A DNA stretch of 45,580 nucleotides from NCBI GenBank assembly GCA_023645945.1, contig JALAIB010000030.1:1-45580 (forward strand), written 5' to 3'. The number at the start of each line of letters is the position of its first letter. Within the stretch, counting starts at the first letter, position 1. This document shows positions 11,428 to 21,262 of the stretch, piece after piece. A program made the translations under genes and the position numbers. The notes under the pieces are model-generated. The model searched no databases. It saw only the letters and a program-made list of their open reading frames with translations, and was not told the origin of the DNA. Source of the stretch: Diploschistes diacapsis (Eukaryota).

Positions 11428-11877
11428 GTCGCCGGATTGCAAACAAGGTAGGGAGGGGCGAGAATATAAGAGCATCTGCTTTCGAGAAGATGTGAGCGGC
11501 AATGAGGAAATTCAAGCTTGAGAGGAACGACAAGATAGTTGCATAGTCAAAAGAGATGGAGATATGGGTATTAATATTTCCAATATGGCACCATTCCTTC
11601 GAAAATCCGAGTTCTCCTAATTCGCTTCCACTTGATTCCATGATTCATACAATCCTATATCTACTTCACTTCGAATTGCCCTAGTTACATATACAAGCCC
11701 AGGTTCTGTCGAGAAGTTGCAAACGCTGTCGAGAATGCCTCTACAGAGACACCATTTCTTCCGCAATGCTATGCATGAGCGCAATGCGCAATAAGGAAGA
11801 TAAGGAACATAAAAGAACCACTGGAAGCTTGACGGTGCACTGATACTAACTCGGGAGAACCGACCCTTAGCCACTCG

Positions 11878-12231
11878 CGGTCCGTCTAGCTTGCCCCTGG
11901 GTACGTTCGCGTGGTGAGAGACAGCCGAAAAGGGGAAGCACAGTGTCCGGCGAAAAGCTGGTGGTCCCTCGTCCCGAACTGGTCGACCCTACATTGCTTG
12001 GAAAGTGGATGATCATAAGCTAGAATATGGTGTTACCGGGCAGTAAGACTGTGCCAGTTAAATGGGGAGCGGTTTGACACCCGAAAATGCTGCCCCAGTT
12101 GGACGATCTCCGAGGCATCACGATCAACAGAGGCGTCCGGCTAGCTTTGTGCCTAAGCTGGATTAAATGCCGATGGGTGGAGATGTGTCAAAGCGATGTC
12201 TTGTAGGGGAACACGGCTAGGCGTAGATCCG
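11878..12231 (+). ncRNA. Candidate structured non-coding RNA or cis-element, family unassigned
   Basis: ORF-free segment with a terminal helix 11883-11891/12215-12223, a long-range helix 11991-11999/12191-12199, several hairpins and an 8-bp possible pseudoknot 12073-12080/12185-12192. Non-canonical pairs are mostly G-U on the + strand. Folded by eye only. Confidence 0.35.
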
Positions 12232-12439
12232 ACAACTAGCGATATCTTGCGTCAGGGCATTCTTCGGCAAATCAATTCACCGTCGCTATGCTATAACTAT
12301 CCCTCAACCACATCGCACTTCGCAAGATAGCTATTCCAATACCTCTAGAATTGGAACTCCTAGGAAACTGTCAACATCTATCAAGTGTTCCGACAGTGTT
12401 AATGCGCCATCTCTCTCCTTGCCGGTAATCCTCATTGCA

Positions 12440-13032
12440 ATGGATCCAATTCCCCTCGCCTCTTCCCCACCACAACAACCGGCAATCTGGCAATGGACCC
12501 TCGGCTTCCTCCTCGTTGGCATAGCCTGGGGCTTCACAACACCCTTCATCCGTAAGGGCGCGGTCGCCTACAAGCCTGCCCCTCGCCCTTCTCTCGACAA
12601 CCCCGAGCACAGCTGGCTTTGGAGAAAAATACTCAAGGCCTTCTATGGTGTGTGGGACCTGCTGAGAAGTCCCAAGTATGCAATACCGCTGGTGATCAAT
12701 CTGACGGGAAGTGTTTGGTTCTTTTTGATTGTGGGGCAGGCCGGTGAGATTTCCTGGGATGAAAAGAAAGGATGAGATTGGTCGCGTTAGGGATGGAAGC
12801 TGACGCGCGGATACAGAGTTGAGCCTGGCGGTCCCGATAACGAATTCGTTGGCATTTCTGTTCACGGTGCTGGGGGAATGGTGGGCGGAGGGAAAGGTTA
12901 TTTCGAGAGGCAGGTGCCAGTCTTGGGTTCTGGAGGGTCCTTGAAGCTAATGAGATAGCAGATACCCTCATTGGCATGGCGTTTGTGCTTACTGGGATTG
13001 CGCTTTGCGTGCAGTCCAAGAACACGGCTTAG
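12440..13032 (+). CDS. TMEM234: TMEM234-family small membrane protein (DMT-like)
   Basis: GFLLVGIAWGFTTPFIRKG...PKYAIPLVINLTGSVWFFLIVGQA|ELSLAVPITNSLAFLFTVLGEWWAEGKVISR|DTLIGMAFVLTGIALCVQSK. Predicted introns 12744-12816 and 12910-12961 (GC-AG). Confidence 0.9.
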
Positions 13033-13809
13033 ATTGGGGGTACTTTGATAATCCGCAGGAGTTTGGGGGGTCTGATGCTTGGAAATAGATACCACACTTC
13101 ACGGCGCCCTTGGGTATCAAGCGATGTTTCGACGCTTGAAACACATACGAACTACATCAACAACATCTTTACCATTCTTCAAGCATGCCGTGAGAAGTCC
13201 TTATGTGAACAGAGCCACATATGCTATACCGGGACATGCAAAGAGAAGGATTTTAAGCTGTCGCTCGTAATATCCACTAATTCAGCTCGAACATGGGTTA
13301 TATTGAACCTCACATACCCTATCAAGCGTACAGTAGCCGGACTAGGGTGTCTATAGAATCTGTATTTCATAGTACTCGGCTTGTGCCCAGACGTTCCTTC
13401 TCCAGATGCCTTCGCGGTAGTCAATAATAAGCCGCCTCGAAACTAGCACGAGCGTGTAAGACATCTTTAAGCTAAGGAACACTGAGCCATGCTAATTGAA
13501 TAGTGTGCACAGGTGGGAAGTGAAGCCTACACCTCAATTCATGCTTAAAGACTTTCGTCGCTCAAGCGGCGAGTTGATGCCAAGCCTTTCCGGAGACACC
13601 ACCGCCCACCAAGCACATTTTAATAACGGACCCGAATAACGTGATTTCCACAAAAAGTTTAAGAGCTCCAAAAACCTTCACACATCCGCAGGGAATGCTT
13701 TTGCGTTGAGCGCATGCGGAGCCTTTGACGACTCCAGTCGCATTCATCCTACTTTCTCTCGTGCAGGGTCTCAATCACCCCACTCCTGCAACTCCAGGCC
13801 CTCGTACTC

Positions 13810-15045
13810 ATGGCTCTATCCTCGTCCTACGTCCCCGCCTGGCGCCGCCTCGGCCTAAAGCTCAAGCGCGAAGAAGAAGGAACACAAACCCCCGACGGCC
13901 AACCCATACCGCACCTCGAATCTACCGAACCAGCCGCCAAGAAACGGAAGCTTTCCCCCTCCCCATCCACCAACAATGTTGCACCCAACCGCGCGTCTTC
14001 CGCAGGAGGGTCGCACGGAGCGAAGAAGGCCGAAGGCAGCAAAGCACGCGATATACCGACTACGCCGACCAAGCCCGGCGCAGATGGGCCAGCGCCGACA
14101 CAGGCGCCACGGGGAGAGGCAGGAGCGGGATCGTCGCGGCGAAAATCGGTCAGCTTCGCGGCGGACACGAAGCGCGAGGACGGCGACAGCAAGAGACTGG
14201 CCAGGGAGGCGCAGGCGTCGATGCTCGCTCGGGAGGGCGGGGTGGAGCGGGCAGACGTCGAGGCCGCGGGCGAACAGCTCGAGGGCATTTTTGCCGGCCT
14301 CCACGAGGAGGCGCCGGCCAAGGAGAAACAGAAGAAGAAGAAGGAGAAGAAGGAGAAGGAGAGGAAAGGCAAGGCGAAGCGGGACCAGCAGGGTGGGGGG
14401 AACGAGCTGGAGAATGATGCGGCGAAAAAGAAACGCGAGGCCGTCCTCCAATACCTCGCCGCCCACCACGCCCACCCTTCGACCTGGAAGTTCAACAAGA
14501 ATCTGCAAACCGGCCTCCTCAAGTCCGCCTTCGACACCGCCAAAATCCCGCCTTCCTACGACGATGCGCTAAGAGGCTATGTCGCGGGGCTGCAGGGCGG
14601 CCGGTTGAGGGAGAAGCTGCACGACGAAGCGAGGGAGATAGCGCGGGTCGAGAGTCCCGCGGCGGACGAGGCGGCGGTGGACGTGGAGGACCGCGAGGGG
14701 TACGAGAGCGTTAAGGCGATGAGAGCGAGGGTGGAGAGGGCGAAGGTGGTATCGAGGGGGGTGGAGGATAGCTATTCTAGGTTTAAAGATAAGCCTGTGG
14801 TGGCGGGAGGGGCACGTGCAGGGGGAGATCAAGCGGAAAGGGAAAGGGGAGAGGGCGAAAAGAAGGAGGCTACAAGGCAGACTAATGGTGGGGAAGAGCG
14901 AAAAAAGAAGAAGAGGAAGAGAGTCAGGAAGAGGAGGACGGACATTTCGAGTTCGAGTTCAAGTTCGAGCAGCAGCAGCAGCAGCAGCAGCGATAGCGAT
15001 AGCAATAGCGATGGTGGCGAGAACTCTTGGCAAGGACGGCGATAG
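13810..15045 (+). CDS. WKF-domain (DUF2373) protein
   Basis: N-terminal YVPAWRRLGLKLK, RKSVSF motif, LQYL...WKFNKNLQTGLLK..FD..KIP.SYD.AL..YVAGLQG; K/R-rich and poly-Ser tail. Confidence 0.88.
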   Translation: MALSSSYVPAWRRLGLKLKREEEGTQTPDGQPIPHLESTEPAAKKRKLSPSPSTNNVAPNRASSAGGSHGAKKAEGSKARDIPTTPTKPGADGPAPTQAPRGEAGAGSSRRKSVSFAADTKREDGDSKRLAREAQASMLAREGGVERADVEAAGEQLEGIFAGLHEEAPAKEKQKKKKEKKEKERKGKAKRDQQGGGNELENDAAKKKREAVLQYLAAHHAHPSTWKFNKNLQTGLLKSAFDTAKIPPSYDDALRGYVAGLQGGRLREKLHDEAREIARVESPAADEAAVDVEDREGYESVKAMRARVERAKVVSRGVEDSYSRFKDKPVVAGGARAGGDQAERERGEGEKKEATRQTNGGEERKKKKRKRVRKRRTDISSSSSSSSSSSSSSSDSDSNSDGGENSWQGRR

Positions 15046-15400
15046 CGCCAGCAACAGGAACACAAACAACTGGCGCGACGCAGGAGACAAGCGCAGCGAC
15101 AACGCCAGCCGCCAGAAGTTGTTGCCGCCGAAAGGGGCAGCAGCTCGAGCTTGCGCTCTGGTTCAGGCGTGGGGGTCCGGAGACCAAGTTCGGACGACAA
15201 CGGCGATGAAACAAGTGAAGGCACAGGTGAAGGAGATGGGGGGTTTGATGTGTCGGGATGCCTCTTCTGGCTCGGAGCCCCCTGGGTCGAACACAGATCA
15301 CGGGCTTCCGAGACCAGAACCTGGAACGTTGGGAGGACCGGTTGGAGGAGCAGGGTCTGTCCGTGCGAGCACTGGTCGGTGCGTTGACGGCGCAAAAGGG

Positions 15401-15676
15401 AGAGAGAGAGAGAGAGAGCAGTTGCAGGCTGGCTTGCGGATGGCTAGGATAGCCTGGATGGTTCGATTCGATGCGTGGAAGCACGTGCCCAAGAAGAGAG
15501 GAAAGATGTGCGTTGGTCCCGGATGGGGAAATAACAACCGGTTCTTGGGAAAGAAAAAGCACGCGTAGCGCTCTCTGGAATGAATTGAATGGCCCACAGG
15601 CCGAAGGGTATCCGATCTCATCTCCCTGTTCCATTTTCTCCGAGGCCATCCCATCCCCATCCCATCCCATGCCATC
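15401..15676. repeat. (AG)9 and (CCATC)-type microsatellites between the convergent WKF and spc98 genes
   Basis: agagag... at 15401-15418; ccatcccatccccatcccatcccat at ~15646-15670. Confidence 0.8.
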
Positions 15677-15753
15677 GACACTCATGCTCAAACGCCAAAT
15701 ACGCCTTCATACACATGCAAGTAGCATCAATCAACAATCCGCTTCCCCAAATC

Positions 15754-18700
15754 CTAATTCCCTGCCGCCTTCTCCCTCTCCCTTCCCTTCTCCTCCTTTC
15801 CATCCCTCCCCTCTTTGCCCCCCTTCCTTTCTTTATCCCTCTCCTTCTCCCTCTCCCTCTCCTTCTCCCTCTCCTTCTCCTTCTCCTTGTCCTTATCCTC
15901 TTTCCTTCCCCTCCTCCGCCTCACCGGCCTATAAACGTCATTGAAATTCATCACAACCCCCAAAAACTTCATGTCCGGGTCCGGCTGCGTCAGCAGGTCG
16001 CCCAGCAGCGTGCTCAGCCTGCTGCGGAACTCGCCCGCCAGCTCCGCCATCCTGCCCCTCAGCGCAGCGAGCATCTGCTCGTCGCCCATGCCTCCTCCTC
16101 CTCCTCCTCCTCCTTCCGCATCAGCTCCGCCGATATCGAGGTTGAGGTTCGCCAGCGCCGCCGCGGCCGAGGGGAGGGGGCTGTCTGCGTCGCGGCGATG
16201 GCGGTGGCGATCGCCGACGATGCCGGGGGAATGGAGATCGGTTGCGTCGAGGTCGTCGGCGTCGGAGCGGCCCCCCTGGCCCGTTTCGGTGCGGCCGTCG
16301 ATGAGGGCGGCGTAGTCGCGCGAGCGGAGGGACTCGGCGACCGAGAAGGAGTACAGGCCGTCGACGGCGTCGCGGTAGGCGAGCATGACTTTGAGCAGGT
16401 AGTGCAGCTGCGACAGGAAGCTGTCCTCGCGCGCGCCGGTGATGCTGGAGCGCGCGGCGCCCAGCAGGCCCTTGTGGGTGATGGAGTTGAGATACCTGGC
16501 GTGCGCGGCGATCAGGTCGTCGAGGGTGCAGCCGGGGCTGTGGATGGCGGTTTGGAGGGTGTCCCAGGAGGCCTCGATGACTTCGAAGAGGATGTAGTAC
16601 TGCAGCTGGTTGATGAAGTGGGTCATCTCTGCGATCGTGCACCGCGCCGTTTTCCAGTCCCCGCCGAGCTTGGCTTCGATGGAGGTGAGGATGCCGCGGG
16701 CCCCCGTCATGAGCCGGCGCCATGTCGAGCCCAGGGCGAACTCGACACGCTTGATGCGCCAGAGGAAATTGAAGACTACTAGATACTGTTTGCTGGCCCA
16801 GCCGGTGATGACGACGTCGACCGGCGCGTCTACTTTGTATTCCAAAGTAAACACGTCCCACCCGATGTCTCCATGGCTGAGCTCGAGGAGACGCGCGTCT
16901 AGACGCCGCAGCACGTCCGGGTCATCGTACTGGGCATTAGAGCCGCGAATGGCGTGGTCGAGCTGGGCGGTCAAGGTATGGCGATACTGAGAGCCGGCGG
17001 GGCGGTCGAGGTTGGAGGCAAGGGATTCCATCAGGAGGGCGATGAAGTCCCCTTGACCAAGCAAGAGGTATCTCTTCAGAGCGATGAGGTGGGAGAAGAG
17101 GTGAAATTTGGTATCCATCAGATGGATCAGGCGCGCCATCGTTGTTTTGTAGGCCGTGTCGATGGAGGCTTCGAGGTTGGCGGTGTCGCCGTACTTAAGC
17201 TCTTTGGACGCGTCTTTGGAGTAGGCTGCTACCCAGAAGGAGTCGCCGCAGCCGTAGCGGATAAAGTTCAGGCTCTTCCCGATGAGAAATATTTTGTTGG
17301 CCAGATCGTCGGTTACGATGCTTGGGACTAGGCCTTTGTCAAGCTTGTATTTGCTTTCCCAAACGCTAGAGGCTGGAACTCGCCGAGCCTCTAGATCTCG
17401 AGGATCGCTGTCCTGTTCCTGTTCGATGACGAAAAATTCCTGGTACGGGTCCGAAAGTTCACCGTCATATATCCATTGCCGGAGCATGTTGTAGAATGGT
17501 TTTGTGAGGTGAACTAACATCCTCTCCGCAAAGGTGCTCACGAATGGGTCTCCATATGAGGTCGAGAATGTATGTATCAGGGTTATTAGTTGACCACCTC
17601 TTTTACCTGCGCTTTGTTAGCATACGGCTCTTCACCAGCCTAGAGAAAAGTACTCGTAGATTCCTCTGCCATCAAGCTCATAAGCCGCAAACCCATCGTT
17701 GCCTCCCGAGTCCACACAACACATCTCTTCAGCGTGACACCAACCTTAGCGGTACTTTTGACGTCGTTCTTGTCTTCCAGCGAAGCGATCGTCCGGCGAA
17801 TCTCACCCTCAAGAGTGGCGATCAAACCAAGATAGGAACGTAGCTCCATGCCAACAGCGGCCCTTAGAGCCTGACTGATCAGCCCCTGCTCTTTTGACTG
17901 CACGTATTGCGATAGACTACGATAAAGCAAAGAAGGCTCCGCCAGGCTATGCAAAAGAGATATTATCGGCAATGGGAGATTCGACGGAAGCGACAGTTTG
18001 GATACAGATTCGAACGGAAAATTTGTAGAGGAGAGGCCTTGGAGGGTGAACGGCAGGTCTCTTAGCAAAGCAGGTTCCGAAGGCACTGCGCCATCGGTTT
18101 GCTGGATTTCATTGACCTCTTTTCCGTCACCGTCTAGAATTTCCGCCTCGTTCCCAGCTTCAACCTGTCCACTTAGCCTAGCTTTCAGGTCCGGCAGCTG
18201 TTTCAAGCGTGCCGCGGTCGCGCCAGCGTCCCTTGAATTGGGCCGCTCTCGCAATTCTGCAGTCCGTGACTCTGTCCTCTGGTTCAACTGCCCTTGGCTC
18301 TGCGGCCGTTGCGGAGATTGTGATTTGGGTGTGCCATGGCTAGAAATTGGCTCGGAAAGCTGGTCGAGCAAGAAGGTAATCTCTTTCTTCCTGGTCAAGA
18401 TTGGAAGCGTCAGAAGTCTCGAGAAGAGGTTGCCAAACCGCACAGCCTTTTCAGGTGCATCGTAGTCGCGCCAGACTATATCCCGTAAGCGCACATGCTG
18501 CAGCTGCTCGAGTCCACAAACACTTTTTCCTAATCGCGTCGGCTATTTGATCGATGTCATAGGTATCCAAAGACGGAACATGTCTGCTAAGGTATCAGCT
18601 CCCTCCTCAATCTCGTTGATGTGCGGCATACTCATTCAAGATACTCTTAGCTAGCGTCAATGCTTCGTCGTGCGTCTGCTCCGCAACTCGCTTATCCTCC

Positions 18701-18777
18701 GTTGCCAGTGGGGGCAGGAATTCGGTGACGAGCGAAGAGAGGCCGGCCTCGACGCGCGAATTGGCATCCCGAGACAT
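15754..18777 (-). CDS. spc98: Gamma-tubulin complex component 3 (Spc98/Alp6/GCP3)
   Basis: ATG 18777 (MSRDANSRVEAGLSSLV...). Motifs: EPALLRDLPFTLQGLSST, LAEPSLLY, GVTLKRCVVW, PFYNMLRQWIYDGELSDPYQEFF, KIFLIGKSLNFIR, KRYLLLGQGDF, GWDVFTLEY, YLVVFNFLWRIKRVE, QLQYYILFEVIE, LGVVMNFN. About three introns (near 18586-18631, 18479-18523, 17607-17652; approximate). Confidence 0.95.
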
Positions 18778-19379
18778 GATCTCCCCGATACGACGTGATC
18801 CTCATCTTTGACTCGGGCAGCCAGCTCTAAATGTCAAGCACGAAGACTATGGAAGAAGAAAGTTGCGCAAATTACTCAGTCGCGTCTAACCACCCATCCA
18901 ATTAGGCTTAGCGCCATTCGCGCCGTACTAAGAGCCACTCCTTCTGCCCTTCGTTGAACCAGCCAGCAATATCCTCCGGTTTCAACTGTGGTCTAACAAT
19001 GTCACCACGCACATACGGTCGAGGCTCTCCCCAAGATACCCAGCAAAGCATCCAATCCATTTGTTCTTCCTTTTATGATCCACAAGGGTACTCGCAAATG
19101 TAGTAACAGTATGATTCAATTTGCCCCCGAGCAAGTAGAAACATTAATTATATTTTTTTTAAAGAAACGATTAGCAACCCGAAACACGTCAAGTCATATA
19201 CATGCTGAGAAATATGTACAGAGTGTGAAGGAGGTGGAACGCGAGCAGAATTCCGCAAAAACCAATGCACAAGCGCCTTCGCCAATGCGGTTGGTCTGGG
19301 ACTGACTTCGTTTCGATATGCCTCCTGATCGGACTTCTCGAGGTGGATCGGGAAGGTTCCGTCCACCTCCTATGATCAT

Positions 19380-20278
19380 GGTGACGAAGTTTCGTCTGGG
19401 TTTTTGAAGTCCACCGAAAGCGTCGACAAGGACTCCCATGCTCCTTCGCATACTTCAGGTCAATCCCCTTCTCGTTTTCACTTGTATATTTCTTGAAGGC
19501 CTCGAAGTCATCCCAGGTCTTGAATGGCCTGCCTGTCCGACGGGCGTTGATCAAGTCGATGATATTGACCCATGGTCTCGCTTTGAGTATTCTCCGGGCC
19601 TCTAGTATCGAATTTGGTTCCTCCTTTCCCCAATCCTTTACACAGCGCTCGGTAGCACTCCATCTTTCGTCTGCACAGTTCCTCGGGGTCCAGTTCCTCC
19701 TCTTCCTCCATCTTGATGCCTTGGAGCGCTGCCAGATACTCAAACTCGAATTCTTCTTCTATCGCTTATTTCGCCCAGCGCGGTATTCTTGCGATCCTGG
19801 TATTCAATCCTGCGAGGACGCCAGGGCAGCAAACTGGTCCAGAAAAGGCGAGTCGTCGACCAGCTCGAGCTCGATGCCTGCGGCATTGGCTTCGATCCCT
19901 TTGAATTGGTCAAAGTGGCTCTGAGCGATGAAAGACTTTAGAAGAAATCAATGTTCGTTATCGTGGCCACGTAGTTCTTGGCTTCTTCGCCGCGATAGCG
20001 CGCGCTGGGCCAGCCGGAAACCTGCTCCTGTGCCCTGGCTCAGCTGGAATATACGCCTGCAGTTCGTCCTGAAGGGGAGGGGGGACGCCATAGAATCGTC
20101 AGGACCCAGTATGTCGCAGGTATCTAGGTAGATTTGTGCCTCGTTTCATGTTTGAAACCCCTTTGAACTCTGCTCCTCGATACCGTGAGACCGACCGCTC
20201 GCATCCGGCGCATGTGGCGAATATGTCCTTCGTCCTGCCTTTGCGAACAGCACAGAAAGCAGGCTTGGGCTTCTTCAT
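19380..20278 (-). pseudogene. Pseudogene: two RNase H1 N-terminal hybrid-binding (caulimovirus viroplasmin-like) domains fused to an uncharacterised fungal domain
   Basis: HBD1 FCAVRKGRTKDIFATC..CERSVSRYRGAEFKG(fs)FQT*NEAQIYL; HBD2 RFYGV(fs)SGRTAGVYSS*ARAQEQVSGWPSARYRG-EEAKNYV; C-terminal SHFDQF..FLDQFAALASSQD*IPGSQEY...YRALCK..EPNSILEARRILK..WVNIIDLINARRTGRPFKTW..FEAFKKYT..IDLKYAKEHG. Stops at 20146-8, 20040-2 and 19804-6 plus frameshifts. Confidence 0.75.
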
Positions 20279-21262
20279 GCCTAGATTGATAGCTTTTCGG
20301 GGACGCGCAAACCTTATCCCTTGCGTGTCGCTAAATGAAGCGAGTTCAATGCGTGCATTCAAGAAGAAATTCAGACACGCATATTACTACTATATGGACT
20401 CGACTCCTGTCTGCAGAGCCCTCTAGCGTGATATAAATTTTTGGCATCCCAGCTTTGGGCGGTTAACCAGCTCTTTACGTACTACCATAAGAATCCATTT
20501 AAAATTCACGGCGAAACTCTCCAGTATCAGCGTGTAAATCTTTTATCTTTGGTCTGCCACAACTTCTGATATCAAATTCCACAGGCCATACAAGTACCTA
20601 GCAGGCGGGGGTTTCCTCCGAGTCCGACGTCGAAGGAAAAAGCACGGTTTACACCTCTTGGAACAAGAATTCTTCTCTTTGTGGACTCAGTATCCTTCCA
20701 TACCTTGTGCCGACCTTTCAAGTTTTCTCATGTTCCATGCTACGCTTGGTTGAGAAGGCACAGATACTCCAGGTACCAAGCGAAGGAGCTTCTCATGTCG
20801 AACTCAGTTGTTTCGGGAGTGAAGGCGCGATCACCTCGCAAAACATTGCTATTGCTATATAGTAAGGAAACAGCATGCATCATAGACCTTGGACAGAACC
20901 TTATTCGCTCCCCATCTTCTCCCTAGCATTCACGTCGCACCCAACTACCCACTATCCGCACCCCTCCAGATCTAGCCTCTGAGAAAGTGGTATCAAAAGT
21001 ACCCACCAGCGCCGTCGGTCAAATTGAAGCGTTCCATATGCCAGTGTTGTCATCGGGGGGATACAACCATTTACTCCTAAACCTTGTTCTCTTGCAACCC
21101 ATGATCATAGCCCGTCTGGATACGGAAGTGGACATCAACACAAATGACTGAAAGAAAGCATGCTGTTTGAGAGGGTAGGATTGCGAGTGCCACTGGGAGG
21201 GAAATCGATGATATCGAAGAGGACACACAATTCTTGTACTGCCATCGAACGATACCGATAGC

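Noticed and set aside
11955..11985. ggtccctcgtccc resembling an HDV-like ribozyme P3/L3
   Set aside because: Could not assemble P1, P1.1, P2 and J4/2 in the required order.
10300..12400. ~2-kb intergenic gap as possible telomerase RNA, RNase P/MRP or SRP locus
   Set aside because: No TAACCCTAA-type template, no GAAAGTCCCC or GGGAAATTCGG CR-I, no SRP helix-8 motif found; the structured part is left unassigned.
13045..13500. Short ORF fragments between TMEM234 and the WKF gene
   Set aside because: No recognisable motifs or consistent splice structure.
13725..15691. Multiple 190-255 aa ORFs overlapping the WKF gene
   Set aside because: Open frames expected in GC-rich, low-complexity DNA.
15589..16861. 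Long overlapping ORFs (397 aa +, 246 aa -)
   Set aside because: Shadow or alternate frames of the GC-rich 3' part of spc98; no recognisable motifs.
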